Below are positions 14,948-34,761 of a DNA stretch of 64,000 nucleotides, one piece after another (position 1 is the first letter of the stretch; every line of letters begins with the position of its first letter). A program made the translations under genes and the position numbers. The notes under the pieces are model-generated. The model was not told the DNA's origin, searched no databases, and saw nothing but the letters and a program-made list of their open reading frames with translations. The stretch spans positions 148,180,001 through 148,244,000 of the forward strand of contig NC_042997.1 of assembly GCF_006345805.1 (NCBI RefSeq), read 5' to 3'. The DNA comes from Octopus sinensis (lineage: Eukaryota).

Positions 14948-17900
14948 ATGCTCAGAATAGGTAGTATAAATGTACGTGGCTTGGGGTCGCCTTGGAAACA
15001 AGGCTACCTGTTAAATGACATCAAGTCACTAAATCTGAATATCATAGCCATCAGTGAGACCAGACTCCACAGCTTGCGGGCACTCCAGCACATTTTCGGT
15101 ACACATTTCAACATTTATTTTTCTCCGTGTCTACCGAGAATGGGCGGAGGTGGCACCGCGGTGCTTATCCGGAAGAGTCTGGATCTCAAAGTAAGAGCAA
15201 ATTTCCTAGACCCGGAGGGTAGGCTGGTCGTTTTGGATGTCGATGGCAGCAATGAGTGTGCTTTTCGACTGATAGCAGTTTATGCTCCGTCCTTAACAGG
15301 CCGACCAGATTTCTTTCGACGTCTAGAGTCTTTCATGGGAACGTCTCGTCCTTTACTTTTAGTGGGGGATTGGAATGCCACCCTGGACACGCATCTAGAC
15401 TACGTGGGCAGAGATAGCAATAGAAGGGGATGCAAATGCCTCAAAGACCTGCTCAGACGTTTCCAACTGTCTGACAGGTACCGACTGGACCACCCGAATG
15501 TGCCAATGTGGACATGGAGTAACCGCATCGGGTCGTCCAGATCATACTTAGATAGAGTATTCTGTAGGACAATAGATAAAAATAGTGTAGGTTGTCCACA
15601 ATTTCATATAGTCAGTTACACAGATCACAAGTTTGTGACTTGTACACTTGACTTAGATAAGACACATAGGCAGGGTCCTGGTTACTGGAAACTGAACGCG
15701 TCTTTTACAGCACGACAGGTTTACAGGGACCGGATCAGCACATTAGTTAAGAGAGCTTTAACGGGTACCATCATCAACAACAGATGGTGGTATGCCCTAA
15801 AAAAAGCGATTAAAGCAGAATCAGTCAGATACAGTAGAGCCCTAGCATTAGACCGAAATAGAGTAGAGGGAGAATTAGTTAAGGTTTTAGAAGAGGCACT
15901 TAGAACTGGCATCGCGTCCAACGTACTGGCGGCGAGATTGGCCCTCGACCAACACCTCAACGCCAAACACGAGGGATGCGTTGTCAGAGCTAGGATGCGT
16001 GCTCTGAGGAACGAAGGAGTTGGAGCCGCCCAAGAGGCCCGAGTGGTGGAGACGCAACGAGGCAACAGAGCCACCATCAAGTCTCTTATAGATGAACAGG
16101 GGCGCGAATTGCTCGAGCCTAAAAGGATGTGTGGGGTTTTTCAACAACACTTCACCCAACTGTTTGGGACAAGTGGTGAGTCAGAAAGCAGAGTGGACTT
16201 TAGTGCCTACCTGCATGCCTTGCCACGACTCTCAGCAAGGGAGGTGGAGTCTTGTGAAAAGCCTATCACAGCTGCGGACGTACAGGATGCGATGGTAGGC
16301 TGCGCGAGAGACAAGTCACCAGGCTTGGATGGTCTGCCCTACGAATTTTATTTTCATATGCCAGACTTGTTTGGAGGCGTCTTGGCAGCTGTCTACTGCA
16401 ACTGGCAGCAGAACGGGAGTATTCCTGCTTTTGTAAAGCGAGGAGCAGTGGCACTGATCAAGAAAGACCCAAACAAGGGGGACGTCATAGATAATTTCAG
16501 GCCCATCACTCTGCTCAACGCAGATTTGAAAATTTTGGCCAAGGTGTTAGCCGAGAGGTTGGCGCTTGTCATCAAGAAACTAATCGACAAGGCGCAAACA
16601 TGCGCCGTGCCGGGTAGAAGTATTCATGACAACCTCCATCTGATGCGCTACATCATAGACAGGGTAGTTAAAAATCCTGGCATGGGTGGGGCGCTGATCA
16701 ATTTGGATCAATCAAAAGCCTTCGATAGGGTAGACCATCACTACTTGGAGGCTGTCCTCAAAGCGGCTGGTTTCGGTCCAGTTTTCCGCGGTTGGATCGC
16801 TGCCTTATACAGCGGCATCCGCTCAGTAGTTCGCGTAAATGGTCATCTATCCAGACCTTTTAACATCATGCGTTCGGTTCGTCAGGGATGCCCCCTCTCA
16901 TCGCTGCTGTATGTACTGACTCTTGAGCCACTACTGCGGAAACTGGCGACGCTGAGGGGCATCCCACGAGAGCTGGGATGCGGGAGGAGCGTGTCTGCAT
17001 ACGCGGATGACGTCACCGTCATAGTGTCGAGCTACGAGCACATCGAGCTGGTCGGCGAGACACTGAAAGAATACGAAGCGGTAACGGGAGCAAAAATTAA
17101 CCGGGAAAAGTCAGTGGGCTTGCGGCTCGGCACCTGGAGAAGCAAGCCCATGCCGTCCAACAGCGTCTCCATCGTGGGACGCTGGACGGACGGACCGGTT
17201 AAATTGCTCGGGGTCTGGTTCGGTCCGGACCTCCAAATGGAGAAGAACTGGGGCGAGATAACGACTAGGGTGGCTACTCTCACCCAGAAATGGACTGAGA
17301 GAAAGCTATCCCTAAAAGGTCGGGCGGAGGTGGCGAACGCGTACATCGCATCCGTCATCGAGTACCGTCTGACCGTCGTGCCTTGTCCCGACCCTACCAT
17401 CACCAAACTGGAACGCATACTCTTCCGCTTCTTGTGGAAGGGAAACGTTCCGATGGTTAGGCGATCCATTTGCTGCCAACACCCGCTAAATGGAGGGCTG
17501 GGCATGCCGTGGTTGATGATGCGCAGACATGCGCTGAGACTGCGACATCTCCGGCGCTTCATAGACAACGGTGAACAGGGGTGGTCGCCTTTTGTGCGGC
17601 GCGCTTTCCCGCAGCTCGTCTCCTTGGACGAACTACAGTCATGGATCAAGCAGAGACCGAGGCTAGGCGAATGGCACCGCGAGTGTCGCGTTGCTCTCAA
17701 GCAACTCTGCCGTCCGGGATCGAACTTGTGCGACTCCATCACAACAAAGGCATTCTATAGAGGATTAGTGGAGGGGAGGTGCGACGACGAACTCGGGCAG
17801 AGTCTGGGCGTCGACGAGGAACACCTGACCCGCCTGTTCAGGACAACTTTCGGGCCGGGACCTATGAACAATCACCAAAGATCCCTGGCCTGGCAGTGCT

Positions 17901-18385
17901 ATCGAGAAGCATTACCTGTTCGGGATAAGCTCTACAGACACGGTTCCAGACACACTGGACCGACTTGCCCGAGATGCGGTCAGAGCGACGAAACCGTTCT
18001 GCACGCACTCGTGCAATGTCCAACCATTTCCGACCTGTGGGCTTATGCCGAACGGCTGCTGTCACGTGTGGGACGAATCCGCCTATCGGCCGAGTCTATC
18101 GTGAGAATTGCTCCGCCCCCTTCCCTCAACCGGGAAGGCAAGGCAGTTTTCATCGTACTGGTGGCCATGGTGAAAGAATGTGTGTGGTGGACTCGAGCGA
18201 AAGGATTAGAGACAAACACTTACCTCTCTGGCCAATCGCTCATCAACTTTTTCAAGTACCACTTGAAAAGGAAGGTGAGAATGGAGAGGGAAGTTTTGTC
18301 TCGCGAAAGATTCAAAAAAAGATGGGTGAATGTTGCAAAGATGGTGCGTGCTAGTAACGAAACCATTTTGAGCATGATCCTGTAG
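14948..18385 (+). CDS. ORF2: APE endonuclease + reverse transcriptase + C-terminal CCHC (1145 aa, intact)
   Basis: APE motifs INVRGL, SET, VYAP, GDWNA, SYLDRVF, TDH, then WKLN. RT motifs KSPGLDG, FRPITLLN, LDQSKAFDRV, RQGCPLS, YADD, INREKS, LLGV. C-terminal CPRCGQSDETVLHALVQC. First ATG at 14948. Confidence 0.96.
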   Translation: MLRIGSINVRGLGSPWKQGYLLNDIKSLNLNIIAISETRLHSLRALQHIFGTHFNIYFSPCLPRMGGGGTAVLIRKSLDLKVRANFLDPEGRLVVLDVDGSNECAFRLIAVYAPSLTGRPDFFRRLESFMGTSRPLLLVGDWNATLDTHLDYVGRDSNRRGCKCLKDLLRRFQLSDRYRLDHPNVPMWTWSNRIGSSRSYLDRVFCRTIDKNSVGCPQFHIVSYTDHKFVTCTLDLDKTHRQGPGYWKLNASFTARQVYRDRISTLVKRALTGTIINNRWWYALKKAIKAESVRYSRALALDRNRVEGELVKVLEEALRTGIASNVLAARLALDQHLNAKHEGCVVRARMRALRNEGVGAAQEARVVETQRGNRATIKSLIDEQGRELLEPKRMCGVFQQHFTQLFGTSGESESRVDFSAYLHALPRLSAREVESCEKPITAADVQDAMVGCARDKSPGLDGLPYEFYFHMPDLFGGVLAAVYCNWQQNGSIPAFVKRGAVALIKKDPNKGDVIDNFRPITLLNADLKILAKVLAERLALVIKKLIDKAQTCAVPGRSIHDNLHLMRYIIDRVVKNPGMGGALINLDQSKAFDRVDHHYLEAVLKAAGFGPVFRGWIAALYSGIRSVVRVNGHLSRPFNIMRSVRQGCPLSSLLYVLTLEPLLRKLATLRGIPRELGCGRSVSAYADDVTVIVSSYEHIELVGETLKEYEAVTGAKINREKSVGLRLGTWRSKPMPSNSVSIVGRWTDGPVKLLGVWFGPDLQMEKNWGEITTRVATLTQKWTERKLSLKGRAEVANAYIASVIEYRLTVVPCPDPTITKLERILFRFLWKGNVPMVRRSICCQHPLNGGLGMPWLMMRRHALRLRHLRRFIDNGEQGWSPFVRRAFPQLVSLDELQSWIKQRPRLGEWHRECRVALKQLCRPGSNLCDSITTKAFYRGLVEGRCDDELGQSLGVDEEHLTRLFRTTFGPGPMNNHQRSLAWQCYREALPVRDKLYRHGSRHTGPTCPRCGQSDETVLHALVQCPTISDLWAYAERLLSRVGRIRLSAESIVRIAPPPSLNREGKAVFIVLVAMVKECVWWTRAKGLETNTYLSGQSLINFFKYHLKRKVRMEREVLSRERFKKRWVNVAKMVRASNETILSMIL

Positions 18386-18690
18386 ATCGTAAAAAAGAAA
18401 AAAAGAGAGCATTTTTGACCTCATGTGTTTATTTCCTCCCTGACTGGGGTTCCCGTGGTCTTTTCTGTAGGCTTTTCTTCCCACGGATGAACCCAATCTT
18501 GTTATATCAATGTTTACACCATTATTTCTGTGATACACGATTTTCTTTTTTTTCCTTTTTTTTTCCTCCTCTCGATCCCTTTTGATCGCAATCTTACATT
18601 TTTTTATTTTTTTTCCACCCTCGAAAAGAAAAGCTCTGCATTTGTATTTGTCCCCTCTGTATTCAGCCCTGTGTGGCTAATAAAAGAAAG

Positions 18691-19285
<595 letters not shown>

Positions 19286-20057
19286 CCGACGTCGACGAGG
19301 AGTACCTGACCCGCCTGTTCGGGACGACTTTCGGCCAGGGCCCATGGACAACTTCCAGAGATCCCTGGCCTGGCAGTGCTACCGAGAAGCGCTACCCGTT
19401 CGGGATAAGCTCTACAGACACGGCTCGAGAAACACGGGGCCGACCTGCCCGAGATGCGGTCAGAGCGACGAAACCGTTCTGCACGCACTCGTTCAGTGTC
19501 CAACAATTTCCGACCTGTGGGCTTATGTCGAACAACTGCTGTCACGTGTGGACGAGTCGGTTTATCAGCTGAGTCTATCGTCAATATTGTCACGCCTCCT
19601 TCCTTCAAACGGGAAGGAAGAGCTATTTTCATCATCCTTGTGGCTATGGCGAAAGAATGTATCTGGTGGACGCGTCTGAAAGGATTGGAGACAAACACTT
19701 TCCTCTCTGGTCAATCTCTCATCAACTTCTTCAAGTACCACTTGAAAAGGAAAGTGAGAGTAGAGAGGCAAGTTTTGTCTAGCGAATGTTTTAAAAAAGA
19801 TGGGTGAATGTTGCAAGAATGGCACGTATGAATGACGAAGCCACCTTGAGCATAGTCCTATGAACCCAGAAATCGAAAACAGAGAGTTACTTATTTGCAA
19901 AAAAAAAAAAAAAAAAAAAAAAGAAATATAAAATGTGACTTCATTGACCGAGGTTACCGTGGTCTTTTCCGTAGGCTTTTCTTTCCACGGGTAAACCTCA
20001 CCTGTCCTCCCCTTTACACTTCATATTGACATTTCTGTGATAACGATCCCTATTGAT

Positions 20058-20105
<48 letters not shown>

Positions 20106-20225
20106 CCCCCCCTTTTTTTTTTCCTCTTTCTCGCCTTTTTTTGATAAATCCCCCAAAGAAAATACCTTCAAAAGTTTCTACCTATTGTTCTATCTGTGTG
20201 CAGCCCTGTGTGGCTATATAAGACA
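19286..20225 (+). mobile_element. Tx1-like element, diverged lineage B, short 5'-truncated 3' fragment
   Basis: Encodes DVDEEYLTRLF...CPRCGQSDETVLHALVQCP...KYHLKRKVR, homologous to 17809-18385 with many synonymous changes. The 3' UTR keeps the ccgtgg/ccacgg hairpin and the terminal cagccctgtgtggcta. Confidence 0.9.
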
Positions 20226-20404
<179 letters not shown>

Positions 20405-23400
20405 GGACGGACGGACGGACGCTAGTCAAATGGGCTCCACGTAAGTTGGTCATTTTGTACGTTGAAAATTATTTATTGTGAAATATTGTGTTTAAAAGTT
20501 GTACAACAACATCCACACCTTGATAAATATCTCCACAAATTTTGCCCCTTGTGGGCAAAATTTAAAGAAAAAATTCTCATAGCTTCGTGGTTTCATTTAG
20601 CCATTTTATTTCCAAAATGGCCACTGGTCACCACGAGGCTGAGGTGCAGTCAACCGTGACGCAGAGGCAGAAAAAACAGGATGCTCTTTACTTACGCTGA
20701 ACCTGACAACTCCGCACCACAACATCGACAACAGCAACAAATACAAAACCAAGGTCGCAAGGCCAAGCACCGTCAACACCATCAGTGAGTCCACCACCAC
20801 CACCAACACCGACACACAACACCATGGCAGAATCTGCTACTAAAACTGATATCCCTACTAAAGACGTCGCCACCAATAACAATACCACCATCACCATCAC
20901 CGCCACCAAAGACCGTGCCGTCAATGCTTACTAATACTACTAACACCACCGCCGTCACCAAGAACGACAATAACAACAACAACAACAACAACAACAACAA
21001 CGACGACGACGACAGCAACAATTCCCTTCAAACCACTGCTCACTCCATCACCAAACAAGTGAAAAAATAACGACGACAAGCAAACGAAAACGCCGAAATT
21101 TGCGCTAATGCAGGACTAAATTACGCAGGCATTTTCCACCCCTTGCTTGCATAATCACAACCACAAACCTACAACCCCACACCCTGCCATCAACATCAAC
21201 AGTAACAACCAACAATAACAACCACACAACAAAAACTTCGCCGAGGCGATAAAAGAAAATGGTAACAAAAGTTTCGTTTACTACACAACAGATTAAAGAT
21301 TGCAGAACCTTATTACAAATCAAAACGGAAAAATACTCTTACACATACCTCAGCACATACTGAATGAGGAGAAAAAAAAGACAATTGTATATAAATCACA
21401 AATAAAAACAAAAAGTCCAGAAAAAGGCAAGCACAGACAAAGTCGAAAAGTGCTTACGCCCATCTGGGGATACAAGGATTGTGTGACTGGGGCGAACAAG
21501 TTCGCACACGTACAGGTGGTTTTTCAGAATGAAGAGTTGGCGAAGAAATTCTCAACGATAACCCTTCATTCTGATGAATAACGTTGACACCGAGTTACCT
21601 CGGCCAGAAGGTGACGAAAGTCATTATCAGTGGTGTCCCCCAAGTGACTACAACACTGTGGATTACATCCGCCGTAACATCCGAAATGGAGGACATAAAC
21701 ATCCTAGATATCGGTGTTTCGGAAAAACAAGGACTGGCTGGGAAAGAGAATAGAGTTCCTCTTCCACATAAGTCAAGAGGACATAAATAAATCCCCACCC
21801 ACGTACATCTTGAGGATGGCCGCAAGTTATACGTAGTAGTCGAGGGCAGAGGCCACGATGCTATACATGTGGCAGTGAGGCCACACCTCAAAAAGGAGTG
21901 CAATCTGCCGCAAAATTACAACAACAACAACAGCCACAGGAAAAATCACAAAGCCAGGATTATTGCCCACACCACAATATGGACAGCTAGTCAAGAAGCT
22001 GTATGCGGAAATGCAGGAAAAACAACAAAGAACAAACCAACCCAACCACACAACACCAACCCAGCGCCAAGAAAAGAACAGAATCATCACCACAAACAAA
22101 TAAACCAATTCCACACCACAAGAATAACACGAAGAAGACAAGCACCAAGGTGTAGGAGAGACAATAACACAACAAACCCCCCAGCAACACCCCTCCCGCG
22201 CACCACAACAATATCTACAACCGCACAAAACACACCCAGACGCTTTACCCTTGCCCCCCTGCTGATTCGTCAGACTTTCATCTAACGATGAAAGTTCGAC
22301 AGAATGGCAAATAGCCACAGGGGGGGTAAAAGAAAAAGATCAAGAAAAACCAAAAGAAATCGCAACCAAAGCAGGGAGATACCTGAACCCTGAAAACTCC
22401 ATACACAACAAAACAAGCACCAACACCACAAAAACAATGCTATCAGCGATAGACACAAAAGACTCCAAACTAATGGAGTACATCACAGGATACACAAACA
22501 TTTGTGAAGATGACTTTAAAAATAGCAATCATCCACGCACTACACAACCACCCAAACACATCAAATATACACATCACACAAACACAACACCACAAACTCA
22601 AAGCCCTCTTCCCAAATGCTGTAGGGGGTTTCCAGAAATATCTGTCCCAAAAACTATATAGAAACCTCCTCGAAGACACATCAAAGAACGAGGAAGCCAA
22701 AACTTTCGACACAAGTAAGTAACTCTCTGTACTTTCATTTGTGGTTTTAAAGCACACACCCAATAGAATCATGGTCAAGATTGGTTGTGTGAATGCGCGT
22801 GGCTTGGGGTCTCCTTGGAAACAAGGATACCTCCTAAATGACATCAAGTCACATGATTTGGGGAATCATAGCCATAAGTGAGACCAGACTCCACGAGCCA
22901 CGGGCCCTAAAGTCCATGTTTGGCGGACGGTTTAACATTTATTTCGCTCCCTGTCTGCCGAGGATGGGCGGTAGTGGCACCGCGGTACTACTTTTCACAA
23001 GAGCCTGGATCTCGAAGTCAAGACGATATTCGTAGACCCGGAGGGTAGACTGATCGTTCTGGATGTTGACGGCAGCAATGGGTGCGCTTTTCGACTCGTA
23101 TCAGTCTACGCACCGCCCTTAACAGGTCGGGCGGATTTCTTTCGACGTCTAGAAGTATTCTTGGGACGTCTCGTCCTTTACTCTTAGGGGGATTGGAATG
23201 CTACCTTGGACACGCATGTAGACTACGTGGGTAGAGACAGAACAGAAGGGGATGCAAATGCCTCAGAGACCTGCTCAGACGATTCCAACTGTCTGACAGG
23301 TACCGACTCGACCACCCAAATCCACCAACGTGGACATGGAGCAACCGCAGTGGGTCGTCGAGATCGTATCTAGATAGGATACTGTGTAGGACAGTAGACA

Positions 23401-24758
23401 AGGATAACTTAGGATGTCCACAATTCCACACAGTCAGCTACACGGATCACAAATTGGTGACGTGTACGCTAGACTTAGATAAGGCACATAGACAGGGTCC
23501 TGGTACTGGAAACTGAACGCATCATTCCCGTCCAGACAAGTTTTCAGAGACCGGATTAGCACACTAGTAAAGAGGGCTTTGACGGGAGCCATCATCAACA
23601 ACAAATGGTGGTTTGCCCTCAAGAGAGCAGTAAAAGCAGAAGCGAATTAGGTACAGCAAAGCACTAGCCATAGATAGAAATAGAGTAGAGGGTGAGCTAG
23701 TTAAGAAGCTAGAAGAGGCAATTAGAACGGCATCGCATCCGACGTTTTGGCGGGAGGTTGGCCCTCGACCAACACTTCAACGCAAACACGAAGGATGTGC
23801 TGTCAGAGCTAGGATGCGTGCTCTAGGAACGAAGGTGTTTGGGAGCCGCGAGAGAGGCCCGGGTGGCAGAGGCGCAACCGGGCAACAAAGCCACCATTCG
23901 GTCACTGGTAGATGAACAGGGGCGCGAATTGCTCGAGCCAAGTAAAATGGTGAGGCCTTTCAGCAGCATTTTGCCCGACTGTTCGGACGAGTGAGAGGGC
24001 AAGAACGTAGGGTAGACTTCAGTGCCTACCTACATAGCCTGCCACGACTCTCGAACAAAAGGCAGGGTGGGTGCTGCGAAGGTGCATCACGGCGGCGGCG
24101 GAAGTGCGGGAAGCGATGGCAGAATGTCGAGGGAGGGACAAATACCGGGTTTGGATGGTCTACCCTACGAATTTTACTATTGTATGCCAGAAACTTGTTT
24201 GGAGGGACGTCTTGGCAGCGGTTATACTGCATACTGCAACTGGCAGCAAAACGGGAGCATACCCGGTTTTGTGAGTCGAGGGAGCTGTAACTCTGCTGAA
24301 GAAAGATCCAAACAAGGGAAACAACATTATAGATAACTTTAGGCAATCACTCTGCTCAATGTCAGACCTGAAAATTTTGACAAAGGTGTTAGCCAAGAGG
24401 TTGGCGCTTGTCATGAGAGAAACTGGTCGACACGCACAAACGTGCGCCCGTGCCGGGCCGGAGCATCCATGCAACCCTCCATCTGATGCGCTACATCATA
24501 GAACAGGGGTAGTTAACGAACCTGGCATGGGTGGGGCCTGATCCACTTGGATTCAAAAAACGAAAGCCTTTGATAGGGTTAGACCATCGATACTTGGAGG
24601 CAGTCCTGAGAGCGGCTGGTTTCGGTCCCGTCCTTCCGCGGCTGGATAGCTGCCTTGTACAGAGGCATCCGTTCGGTAATTCGCGTAAATGGACATCTAT
24701 CGAGACCCTTCGACATTGCACGTTCGGTCCGTCAGGGATGCCCCGTCTCGGGCTTCTC
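20405..24758 (+). mobile_element. Tx1-like element, diverged lineage (B), 5' UTR + ORF1 + EN + part of RT; frameshifted and cut by the gap
   Basis: Collinear with copy 2: same 5' UTR hairpins, NKFAHVQVVF..EELAKKFST, MVKIGCVNARGL at ~22770, ending at RQGCP. Many 1-nt indels. Assignment to the same lineage as 19286-20225 is inferred, because the two do not overlap. Confidence 0.88.
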
Positions 24759-24858
24759 NNNNNNNNNNNNNNNNNNNNNNNNNNNNNNNNNNNNNNNNNN
24801 NNNNNNNNNNNNNNNNNNNNNNNNNNNNNNNNNNNNNNNNNNNNNNNNNNNNNNNNNN
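24759..24858. other. Assembly gap (100 N)
   Basis: Run of N; true size unknown. Confidence 0.98.
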
Positions 24859-31219
<6,361 letters not shown>

Positions 31220-31344
31220 ATCACTCTGTTTTTCTGTATGTATATATGTATGTATATGCATAATATTTCTGCCACTACTATTAACGATTGTGGAATCGTT
31301 CCATCATCGGTAAACTTATTTTAATATATTTTTACGTATATTTA

Positions 31345-31462
31345 CACAAGTTCAAAACCAGTGAGACAAGTTTGTATTCAAACAAGTACTGACATCAATG
31401 AAATCAACTAACATACTTTTGATAAAATTGCTGGCCTTGTACCAAATCTAGAAACAATTATT
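31345..31462 (+). mobile_element. Degenerate SINE 3' part (tail type B)
   Basis: aaaattgctggccttgtaccaaatctagaaac matches the type-B tail. Confidence 0.45.
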
Positions 31463-31640
31463 TAGAAAGCTGTGTTGGCAAAATCGGCTATAACTTGTTA
31501 CAATTCTCTATGCTCTGAATGTAAATCCCGTCAATAACAGAAAGACGTACTATATTGGGATCGATATAATCTGTTATCCTCCTTTTCAAATTTCCAGGCC
31601 TTTTGTCTATAATGGGAATATTTTAGGGGGGTTATATTGG

Positions 31641-31840
31641 ATCCAAATTTTTGCACAAAGGAGGGCCAAAGTCGATTTAATCGACCCCAGTCTTCAACTG
31701 GTACTTATTTTATCGATCCCAAGAGGGATGAAAGACGAAGCCGTTCTTCGCGGGATCTGAACTCAGAACGAGATGACGTGCGAAATGACGCTAAGCGTTT
31801 TTGCTCGGTGTGCTAACGATTCTGCTAGCTCGTCGCCTTA
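31641..31840 (-). mobile_element. tRNA-headed SINE (tail type B)
   Basis: Reverse complement begins AAGGCGACGAGCTAGCAGAATCGTTAGC, has a GAGTTCAGATCCC box B and ends TGTGCAAAAATTTGG. Confidence 0.75.
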
Positions 31841-31864
31841 AAAGACAAAGACCTATACAACTGG

Positions 31865-32022
31865 GCACCAGTGACTTCCCAACTCAGTTCTACAGCTGAA
31901 TCAGCTGGAGCAACGTGAAATTATGTGTCTTGCTCAAGAACTTAACACAGAGTCGCGTTCGAGAATTGAACTCACATCCTCATGATTGTAAATCCCAAAC
32001 CCGAACCACTGAGCCATGCCCC
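31865..32022 (-). mobile_element. tRNA-derived SINE, second family (CTTGAGCAAGACAC central motif)
   Basis: Reverse complement GGGGCATGGCTCAGTGGTTCGG... (box A), GAGTTCAATTC (box B), then ttcttgagcaagacacataatttcacgttgctccagc. Confidence 0.65.
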
Positions 32023-32859
32023 TTCATATCTCTCTTTTTTGTTAGTAATATTATACATTATATTTCATGGTTGAGTAATATATCGAGAGTTACGTTCCTT
32101 TGAAAACAATTAAGAGCGTCTGAGAGCGTATGTATAAATATGTTCAATTACAATAGATGCTGTACAAAAATATATCAACAATATTTACAAGGTATATATT
32201 TGCTATTTGCACACTCTGGAACATCCGTATGTCTATTTGTATAGGAAATATGACAATAAATTTAAGGAAATAGATGTTTCAATCCAGTCAAACCAACTAC
32301 AACTTGTATGAAAGCCTCGTCACTTACTGCCGTAGTGTTTCAGTTCAGCATTTAACACAGTAGAATTTCTAAGATTTCCGTCTGGATTCTTGACAATATT
32401 ACGTGCTAATTGACTGTCAGACTATGCTAACCATTGAAAGAATGTTTACATTGTTATTCTATAAAACAGCGATATACATTTGATGGTTTTCACATATATT
32501 GTACAGTACGTGTTGTTTTGAGAATTGCATTCTCAGGAAATTTGATATACTATATCGTTATATGATATTTTACGTCGCTGGCATGGCAAGTCATTCACTC
32601 CCTCAAGTTAGTTTCTTTATCATCCATATCGCTCTACACACGTAGTTTTACCTTTATATGTACTCTGATACTTGCACCTATGTTACCCTTTTTTTCTTTT
32701 TTTTTCTATTTAAATGTTAAAATCATGCGATCGTCTTGCTAGTTCGCTTCATAGGGTTTTCACTGTCTTCAAATTCTTGTTTAATTTACACGAAATTTTC
32801 ATGTCATTTTTATACTATTTGTTTATAGACTTCTGGGGTCGATAAATGTCTAGATTGCT

Positions 32860-33092
32860 TAAGGCGGCGAGCTGGCAGAAATTTTAACACGCCGGGCGAA
32901 ATGCGTAGCCGTATTTCGTCTGCATTTACGTTCTGAGTTCAAATTCCGCCGAGGTCGACTTTGCCTTTCATCCTTTCTGGGTCGATAAATTAAGTACCAG
33001 TTACGCACTGGGGTCGATGTAATCGACTTCATCCGTTTATCTGTCCTTGTTTGTCCCCTCTGTGTTTAGCACCTTGTGGGTAGTAAAGAAAA
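32860..33092 (+). mobile_element. tRNA-headed SINE (tail type A, Tx1-like tail) with a 16-bp TSD
   Basis: Head GGCGGCGAGCTGGCAGAA, box B GAGTTCAAATTCC, tail tttgtcccctctgtgtttagcaccttgtgggtagtaaagaaa. AAATGTCTAGATTGCT is duplicated at 32844-32859 and 33093-33108. Confidence 0.88.
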
Positions 33093-33452
33093 AAATGTCT
33101 AGATTGCTAGCTTAGCAGGTGTTAGTGTCATATAGTGTAAACTGTGATATTTAGTGGCCTTGACACGTTACATTTAGAGTTCAATTTCCCGTATGGTGTA
33201 CATGCCACGGTTTAACACCAACATCTGTTCCTTGGGTTCCTTTAGCGGAGTCTACAGTATTACATGTATTTGGACTCGTTTGTCCTCTTAACTAAACGAT
33301 AAAAAATATAGACTACCAAGTTAGGAATCATTCGGGGCATATGTTATGTAATATATGCAGAGGAGATGAAAGATAAGCGATTATTTTCTGTCTATCTGTC
33401 TGTATGTCTCTCTTTACGTACATACATACATACACACTTGCACACAAACACA

Positions 33453-33483
<31 letters not shown>

Positions 33484-33894
33484 GCACAAACACGCGTGCA
33501 TACACAAAGTTATACATGAAAATATTTTGATGGACTTTTTTCACAATAATAAAAATCCTAATATTACGACAAATTGTTTCATAACGCAAAAATAAAAACG
33601 CAAATGGTTCATATTATCATACGTAATAATAAATAAATTTTTTAGATGTCTGCACTGATGTGAAATGCAAATAATTCGTTCAAAATAATGCAGAATTTGA
33701 GCTATATCATCTTGTATATTGCTATATATTTTATATGGTTTATAAAATGACACATTAATGAGCAATTTTAATGAGTACTACTGGAGTACTTGAAACCATA
33801 TATTGTGACCGAACTACTGACTATGCACCAAAGTACATACATACCTATCTACATACATACATACATACATACATACATACATACATACATACAT

Positions 33895-33931
<37 letters not shown>

Positions 33932-34146
33932 TAATAAAACGAATGTTTTACTGGTAAAGCACGATCATTTTTACAGTGTTCATTATGTATATAGTAAATG
34001 AAAGACGGAAGATGGAATATACGAGAATTTATTATTAATCACGAAAATCGTTTCAACACATCTAGTATTGATGCATCACGGGTAGGACACTTAACAACTG
34101 GCTCAGGAGCATCTAGTGCTGCATATGTGTCTCGCATTTTTATAAT

Positions 34147-34177
<31 letters not shown>

Positions 34178-34761
34178 TCACAGACATGACAGAGTTGGAA
34201 CCTACATACATTGGAAGCTATGCCAACATTATGGAATAACAACAGAAAAAAGATGGTATAGGCACACACCAGAAAAGGTCACAGAAAACGAGAAAGCAAC
34301 CATACTCTGGCATATGCCGATACACACAGATAGAGAAATTAAGGCCAACAGACCAGATATAGTTGTCAGAGATCATGAAGAAAAAAAATGCTTTCTAATT
34401 GATGTATCAATACCGGCAGATGACAACGTGTCTCTAAAAGAAATGGAGAAACTCTCAAAATACAAAGACCTGGAAATAGAGGTAACTAGAATGTGGAACC
34501 TGAAAACAGAAACAATTCCTATCATAGTAGGTGCATTAGGCATGATAAAAAAATATTCAGACAAATACATATCAAAAACACCAGGACTTACAAACACATA
34601 TAACATACAGAAAATTGCACTACTAGGCACTGCACACATCCTACGCAGAACACTTTCCATACAATAACCATCAGAGCATCACAACAAATCACAGCACATA
34701 CCCAAGGCACACAGAGCTGCGCTCGGTAGTGAAGTGAAAGCACGCTATAAAAATAAAACTA

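Noticed and set aside
32860-32960. SINE heads as genuine tRNA genes
   Set aside because: They have box A/B only, without a cloverleaf, and continue into SINE bodies and tails.
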